64,000 bases of DNA from Candidatus Poribacteria bacterium. Its GTDB lineage: Bacteria > Poribacteria > WGA-4E > WGA-3G. Of the stretch, positions 58,818 to 64,000 are shown one piece after another; position 1 is the stretch's first letter; every line of letters starts with the position of its first letter. A model generated the notes under the pieces. That model was given only the letters and a program-made list of their open reading frames with translations, did no database searches and was not told where the DNA came from. The stretch lies in the NCBI GenBank assembly GCA_964291315.2, contig OZ219753.1, positions 544,001-608,000 of the forward strand, read 5' to 3'. A program made the translations under genes and the position numbers.

Positions 58818-59390
58818 TTACAGTTCTTCGTTCTGCCTGACCTGCTGTGTCCTAATCTCTTGAAGGATATCTACAACCGTTTCCATCTGGACCTCAAGTC
58901 TGGCGATGCGCTGCTCGACAGATGTTGATGATACTACCTCCTCTTCCTCGTCCGAGATGATCTCAACTGTTTCGACCGTATCAGCCTTAGATTTTTCTTG
59001 GGTTCGTTCCCCCCAGAAATCTTTGAAGAAGTCAGGCATCGATTGGCGCACAGTTTCACCGAAATCTTTGAGTTCATCACCGACTGTTTTCTTCATGTGC
59101 GCGAAGTCAAAATCGTCAGCACATCCGTCTCTAACGTATGCAGTAACTTGCTGACAGACGAAGCCAATATCACTAAGATCGGCATGTGTTTCTATAGGTT
59201 CAAACAAATCAGCAGGAATAGCACCGAGTTCAGTTAGGCGATTAAGTGCGTTGTTGAATTGCCGTGCACATCGTTCCTCACTGCCCTGTGGAGATTCCGT
59301 AATTGCTGCTCCTTCTATGATGCGAGCAGTCGTTTCTAACAGCCGTAGAATTCGGCGGATTTCCTTTTGGGTTTCATGTTCTTTAGACAT
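58818..59390 (-). CDS. hypothetical helical protein with C-terminal coiled coil
   Basis: AAGGAG RBS upstream; 190-aa ORF ending in VEQRIARLEVQMETVVDILQEI. Confidence 0.7.
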   Translation of the reverse strand: MSKEHETQKEIRRILRLLETTARIIEGAAITESPQGSEERCARQFNNALNRLTELGAIPADLFEPIETHADLSDIGFVCQQVTAYVRDGCADDFDFAHMKKTVGDELKDFGETVRQSMPDFFKDFWGERTQEKSKADTVETVEIISDEEEEVVSSTSVEQRIARLEVQMETVVDILQEIRTQQVRQNEEL

Positions 59391-59412
59391 AATTGTCTCC
59401 TTTTTATCTGCA

Positions 59413-59620
59413 TTTGCCTATATAGAGTCTCTTAAGGTTAAAAAGATAGTAAAAAATATAAGGATCTATGAATTACCGGTTGTTAGTTGTGCGCGTAGCA
59501 AGCAAAAGCGTTCACAACTACCATAAGACATTATTACTAATTGATAACTATAAAAAAGTGACTCAAATTGGCCGTTTGTCTATATAGAGTCACTTGAGGC
59601 TAACAAGGATAGCAGAAAAT
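59413..59620. repeat. imperfect ~45-bp direct repeat upstream of 58818..59390
   Basis: tttgcctatatagagtctcttaaggttaaaaagatagtaaaaaat (59413) versus tttgtctatatagagtcacttgaggctaacaaggatagcagaaaat (59575). Confidence 0.65.
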
Positions 59621-59655
59621 GCAAATAAGGAGAGCAGCTTTTCCATATTTGAACG

Positions 59656-60870
59656 TTAGGGGTTTTTGGGCTTCAGCTCAGCAACATTTCGGCGGATTTT
59701 GATGGCTGCTTTGATAATGTCCTCTATATCTTCCTCGTTAGCCATTAGGACGTTTTGACTCAAAGAGATACTTGTTTGACATATCTTCTCAGTCTCAGGG
59801 CAGTGGACACCGGTATAGTCGAGGTTTTGACCAAACAGGTTGGAAGCAAGCAAAGGGGCACGATACATCGGTGTCGTATACCAATATCCGAGAGGTATTC
59901 CCTCTGCGCGGATCGCTTTGAGAAATGTCTCGCGTGAGATATCTTCAAATTCTTCTGAATCAAAGAGTGCCTTATAGCCGTGGCACCCACCGCGAGTTGC
60001 TCGTGGATCCAGCGGCGTGACTTTTATGCCGGGGATCTCACCGAGCCATCCATCTAACCATCTCATGTTTTTATGTCGATAGTTCGTTTCAGCTTCAAGT
60101 CGAGTTAGCCGCGAAAGGAGGAGTCCGGCTTGCCATTCGGTCATGCGGAAATTGCCACCGAAGGGGGCTACTTCTCCAAATTCAGCGTCGGGTGGTGTTC
60201 GTCCACAATTATGAAGTGCCCATGTCTGTTCGTAGAGTTTCCGATCGTTAGCGAGAACGATGCCGCCTTCACCGGCACAGAGGTTTTTTGATGACTGAAA
60301 GCTGAAACATCCGAGGTGTCCCCAGCTGCCGACACCTCTTCCTCGCCACTCGGCACCATGCGCCTGCGCGCAATCTTCAACAATTTTAAGGTTGTGTTTC
60401 TCCGCTATGTCAACCAATGCGTCCAGATCTGCCGGATATCCGGCGATATGAACAGGCAAAATCACTTTCGTCTTTTCAGTTATAGCGGCTTCGACTTTCG
60501 AAATATCCAACAAGAAACTGTCTGGGGCGGTATCTACAAAAACTGGGACGGCGTAGGTCATAAGAATTGCGACAACTGTTGCTTGAAAAGTATAACCAGT
60601 AGTGATGACTTCATCTTCCGGACAAACGCCGGCGGATTTCAAAGCAATATAGAGTGCCGATGTCCCACTATTGACACAGACACCATACCTTGCACCTTGG
60701 AATTCAGCAAATTGTTGTGCAAATTCGGGAACGTTTGTACCACCAACGCCCCACTGCCCACTTTTGTAGGTACGTTCAAATGCTTTGATATCAGCAGGAT
60801 CCTGTGTCGGCCAGGGGGGATAAGGATCGGTACGCGTAGGTTCGCCACCGTTTATTGCTAATGTCGCCAT
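59656..60870 (-). CDS. DegT/DnrJ/EryC1/StrS-family PLP aminotransferase
   Basis: LAINGG, NSGTSAL, EDCAQAHG, FSFQSSKN…GEGG. Confidence 0.92.
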   Translation of the reverse strand: MATLAINGGEPTRTDPYPPWPTQDPADIKAFERTYKSGQWGVGGTNVPEFAQQFAEFQGARYGVCVNSGTSALYIALKSAGVCPEDEVITTGYTFQATVVAILMTYAVPVFVDTAPDSFLLDISKVEAAITEKTKVILPVHIAGYPADLDALVDIAEKHNLKIVEDCAQAHGAEWRGRGVGSWGHLGCFSFQSSKNLCAGEGGIVLANDRKLYEQTWALHNCGRTPPDAEFGEVAPFGGNFRMTEWQAGLLLSRLTRLEAETNYRHKNMRWLDGWLGEIPGIKVTPLDPRATRGGCHGYKALFDSEEFEDISRETFLKAIRAEGIPLGYWYTTPMYRAPLLASNLFGQNLDYTGVHCPETEKICQTSISLSQNVLMANEEDIEDIIKAAIKIRRNVAELKPKNP

Positions 60871-60891
60871 TTCGGCATCTCTGTCCAATTG

Positions 60892-61446
60892 TTAAGGTAA
60901 AGATCTTATATGATCCCGTAGATTTGTGAATTGCGTTCTACACACTGTGTCTTGTACTCGACGTTCTAAGAGTCCTGCTTCAACTTCAGCGATTAATGTT
61001 TTCATGGCCTTCCACACTTTTTTTTCTAATTCACAGTCTATCACACCACCTCGCACCGCCCCTGCAAACTCGTCCTCGTCTTGAATTTCGTAAGTGCTAT
61101 CCGGATTTATCCAGAGGTCCAAAAATAGATCTGTTATTTCAAAACAATCGAGATTGCCTGTTGCATTTACATACCGCTTGACAGGCTTCATAATATCACA
61201 ATAGTAACCTGTCCACTCATTATCCAGATTATAAACTTTACCGACATCGTGCCAAAGCCCTGTAAATACAAACCAAACCACAGCGAAGTTATCTCCTAAC
61301 ACAGTTTTATTGTTTTGAACTATCGGAGAGGATGGTTTGACGCGTTGAGATGTGACAATAACGTCGTTGTCTACGTAGAGTAATTGCTGTTGAAAGCGAT
61401 TAACTCGGTTGGGGGGTCTCTTATAGGTGAGTGTTATCGTCCGCAT
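60892..61446 (-). CDS. DUF402 (FomD-like) protein
   Basis: GYYCDI…TDLFLDLW…DEDEF motif. Confidence 0.75.
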   Translation of the reverse strand: MRTITLTYKRPPNRVNRFQQQLLYVDNDVIVTSQRVKPSSPIVQNNKTVLGDNFAVVWFVFTGLWHDVGKVYNLDNEWTGYYCDIMKPVKRYVNATGNLDCFEITDLFLDLWINPDSTYEIQDEDEFAGAVRGGVIDCELEKKVWKAMKTLIAEVEAGLLERRVQDTVCRTQFTNLRDHIRSLP

Positions 61447-61481
61447 TCCACCTCCAAAAACTTTCCGTTCATTAGTTGTTT

Positions 61482-62045
61482 CTATGAATCAATTCCCAAA
61501 ATAAGGACAGGGATATCAATGTCAGCGACCCCTCGTTGGTCTAAATCCCAGACGAACTGCTCAAAGTATGAGACTCCGATAGACATGTCATTAGCAAAAC
61601 ACTTGACTGGGACGACCTCAATGCCGGCATCGATGTAACCCAAGTTGCGAAAAATGGTCATTTTGGCACACACGTTGTAAACCATAAATGCATACTTTCC
61701 AAACTGTATCTCTACTCCAAGGCGCTCCTTTAAAAAGTCCATTTCTCGGTATGCTGGACGCATCTGTTTTGGCGAATATTCGGGTCGGTAGTATTCTGTC
61801 GAATAATGACACATTACGCGTTTCTTCTGCCATCCTTTGGATCCGAAGCCCTGGGCAAAAGCACGGTTAAGATCTGAGGGGCTATACAACTTTTTACCCG
61901 GCATTGTGAGTTCCTTACTTTCCTTAATTTTGTAGAGCGAGGCATCAACACCCGCAATAATTTGTTCCACCTCTTGTAATAAATAAGTGTGTGTATTTTC
62001 AATAGAGCGCCCGCCGTTAAATGGATATTCGGCAGCAATAATCAT
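61482..62045 (-). CDS. BglII/BstYI-family type II restriction endonuclease
   Basis: REMDFLK…GVEIQFGKY catalytic D…ExQ motif; directly downstream of an MTase; GGAGG RBS. Confidence 0.8.
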   Translation of the reverse strand: MIIAAEYPFNGGRSIENTHTYLLQEVEQIIAGVDASLYKIKESKELTMPGKKLYSPSDLNRAFAQGFGSKGWQKKRVMCHYSTEYYRPEYSPKQMRPAYREMDFLKERLGVEIQFGKYAFMVYNVCAKMTIFRNLGYIDAGIEVVPVKCFANDMSIGVSYFEQFVWDLDQRGVADIDIPVLILGIDS

Positions 62046-62064
62046 GACAATTCTACCTCCAATT

Positions 62065-63051
62065 CTATTTCCATTCCAAAGGTATCTGTGCATTAAGATC
62101 TTTTTTGGTTGGCTTATGGATAGGTTTTCCTAAGGGCCGGAGTCGCAATACTCCTTGTGAGAACCTCTGGATTCTTTCCCGGGCAATAGAGACATACTTT
62201 GCATCTTGTTCAGCAGCAATCGCTTTTCGATTATGGTGTAAGGCACCGATGATAGTCGAGGCGACTCCACAATATGGGTCTAAAACAGTTCCTCCCGGTT
62301 CTGTGAGAGCTAAAACACATCGTTGGACTAATTCGACAGGGAATTGGCAGGGGTGTTCGGTTTTTTCTGGATGGTTTGCTTTGACATTTGGAATGTCCCA
62401 AATTTCATTCTCCCAGTCTTGCGTGACGACATCCCAAATATCAGAAGGATTCTTGCCGAGTGGGTTCCCCGAGAGTTGTCCTTTTTTCGGTCCTTTGAAA
62501 TGTCGCTTACCTGGGTATTTGGAAGGAACCCTCACTGGATCGAGATTGAAAATGTATTCATCCTCCTTGGTAAACCATAAGATAACTTCATAGCGCCCAC
62601 AGAATCGCTTTGTGCAGTGCAAGCCGTGATTAAATTTCCATATGATGCGATTTCGCAACTTTAAGCCGAAACGTTTGAAAATCTCATAAAAGTAGATATC
62701 AAGCGGGAACACCTCTCCCTTTTGGACGTAATTTCCTACTTGCCAGCAGAGACTTCCAGTAGAAGCAAGTACCCGAATCATTTCCTTGATGACAGGTTCC
62801 TGACTTTTTAGGTAGGCCTGTAATGATGTCACTTTCTCATACTTTTTACCTATGTTGTAGGGTGGAGATGTGATGACCAACTCAACCGAATTTGATGGAA
62901 TGTTCCTCAGTAAGTCGCTACAATGTCCATGGCAAAGAACAACGTCCATATTCGTATTGTAGGTCTCTGAAACTGTAATCTGACGCGGTTCATTAAACAT
63001 ATCCACCGTACAGTCAATTTTTTCAATGTGAGAAGGCTTTTTGTGTTCCAT
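62065..63051 (-). CDS. type II DNA methyltransferase (beta class, probably N4-C)
   Basis: ITSPPYN, HPCQFP, LDPYCG. Confidence 0.9.
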   Translation of the reverse strand: MEHKKPSHIEKIDCTVDMFNEPRQITVSETYNTNMDVVLCHGHCSDLLRNIPSNSVELVITSPPYNIGKKYEKVTSLQAYLKSQEPVIKEMIRVLASTGSLCWQVGNYVQKGEVFPLDIYFYEIFKRFGLKLRNRIIWKFNHGLHCTKRFCGRYEVILWFTKEDEYIFNLDPVRVPSKYPGKRHFKGPKKGQLSGNPLGKNPSDIWDVVTQDWENEIWDIPNVKANHPEKTEHPCQFPVELVQRCVLALTEPGGTVLDPYCGVASTIIGALHHNRKAIAAEQDAKYVSIARERIQRFSQGVLRLRPLGKPIHKPTKKDLNAQIPLEWK

Positions 63052-63073
63052 GTAAGTAGCCTCAAAATCTATC

Positions 63074-63190
63074 AGGACTTTCGCAAATTGGACATATTCG
63101 CCTTACCCTTAACAGCATCCGCTTTCCGATACGAAGGCCGACATCATCCGGTATGAGAGGAGCTTTAAGAGAAGATGCGTAAGTCCTATC
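63074..63190. repeat. MITE-like element with 12-bp terminal inverted repeats
   Basis: aggactttcgca (63074) and tgcgtaagtcct (63176), one mismatch. Confidence 0.5.
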
Positions 63191-63235
63191 TGTTATTTGA
63201 CAAAAACTGGCTATTTATGACATCGTTAGTTGATA

Positions 63236-64000
63236 TTAAGTCCCTGATTCTGAACAATAGGACGACATTGCCTTACGAAAATCTTTGATGTGCATAGGTG
63301 TTGTACCGCAACATCCGCCTACTAAGGAGGCACCGGCTTCAAGGAGTTCGGGAACATAGCTCGCCATTTGTTTGGGGGTTTGTGTATAGAAGGTTTTATG
63401 GTTCTCATCAAGCTTGGGCATGCCGGCATTTGGATACGCCATCAGCCACTTGCCCTGAACGTCCCTGTCAGTCAGTGCTGTCTGGAGCTGCTGGGTACCG
63501 GTAATTGCATAACGCATTCCAGTATGTTCATCACGTCTGGATTCAGCACCGCAGTTTACACCTATGATGCTAACTGCATCTAATAGCGAATTACCAGATG
63601 AAAGTTCACTATTCGTGAGGATATCGAGCAAATCTGCTGGAGAATTACCCCAATCTGTTCGATAAACAATATTGTCGCTTCGCCGTTCTTTTGTCCATTT
63701 GTATGTTAAATTCACTGCGATAGGCAGATTTGTATGACTCGCGACCTCTACAGCAATTGCTGCTTCTTTAGCGGAGAACATTGTTTCCAAGCAGAGGAAA
63801 TCCACACCTTCTTCTGCAAGGGTATGGATAACTAGCTGATGCGCCTGCGCTGCGTCTGCGTTTGCAATCCCAAAGGTCGTATCGCCGCTGTCTGCTTCAA
63901 TCGCGCCAGGGGAGGGCCCCACGGAACCTGCGATATAAATCTCCTTACCGCTCCGTTCGACAGCAGTTTTTGCGTGTTGAACAGCCAACCGTATGAGGCG
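63236..64000 (-). CDS. homocysteine S-methyltransferase family protein, 5'-truncated at window edge
   Basis: AGSVGP, ETM, GVNC, YPNAG and GGCCGTTP Zn-binding motifs. Confidence 0.88.
   Translation of the reverse strand, partial: RLIRLAVQHAKTAVERSGKEIYIAGSVGPSPGAIEADSGDTTFGIANADAAQAHQLVIHTLAEEGVDFLCLETMFSAKEAAIAVEVASHTNLPIAVNLTYKWTKERRSDNIVYRTDWGNSPADLLDILTNSELSSGNSLLDAVSIIGVNCGAESRRDEHTGMRYAITGTQQLQTALTDRDVQGKWLMAYPNAGMPKLDENHKTFYTQTPKQMASYVPELLEAGASLVGGCCGTTPMHIKDFRKAMSSYCSESGT

Noticed and set aside
1826-63583. Numerous short antisense or nested ORFs in the track
   Set aside because: Shadow ORFs overlapping well-supported genes, with no motifs or RBS support

Overview
Gene-dense bacterial chromosomal window. 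Candidatus Poribacteria is inferred as the source from the YPNPFNPETWIPY-type C-terminal domain, paired DUF6785-like membrane proteins, a YPSIFQAW-type GH-like protein and non-catalytic FGE-sulfatase repeats. It holds housekeeping and metabolic genes (argJ, gnd, ABC, ECF and TRAP transporters, dehydrogenase, aminotransferase) and four restriction-modification loci, two of which are interrupted. Main highlights: (1) a 2242-aa SprA/Sov-like type IX secretion translocon homolog with several Gly/Ser/Tyr-rich low-complexity inserts, preceded by a signal-peptide-plus-CTD-only protein and a triple FGE/C-lectin-fold secreted protein; (2) a hidden selenoprotein, where two track ORFs join through two in-frame UGA codons (FR-U-VP-U-ES-C) followed by a SECIS-like hairpin; (3) an archaeal-type phosphopantothenate synthetase with a structured leader; (4) a candidate ~280-nt sRNA bounded by a perfect sigma70 promoter and a strong terminator; (5) a GTAG-type REP-like palindrome family and a 14-mer shared upstream of both type II methyltransferases. 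All family assignments are by eye from motifs; no database searches were run.
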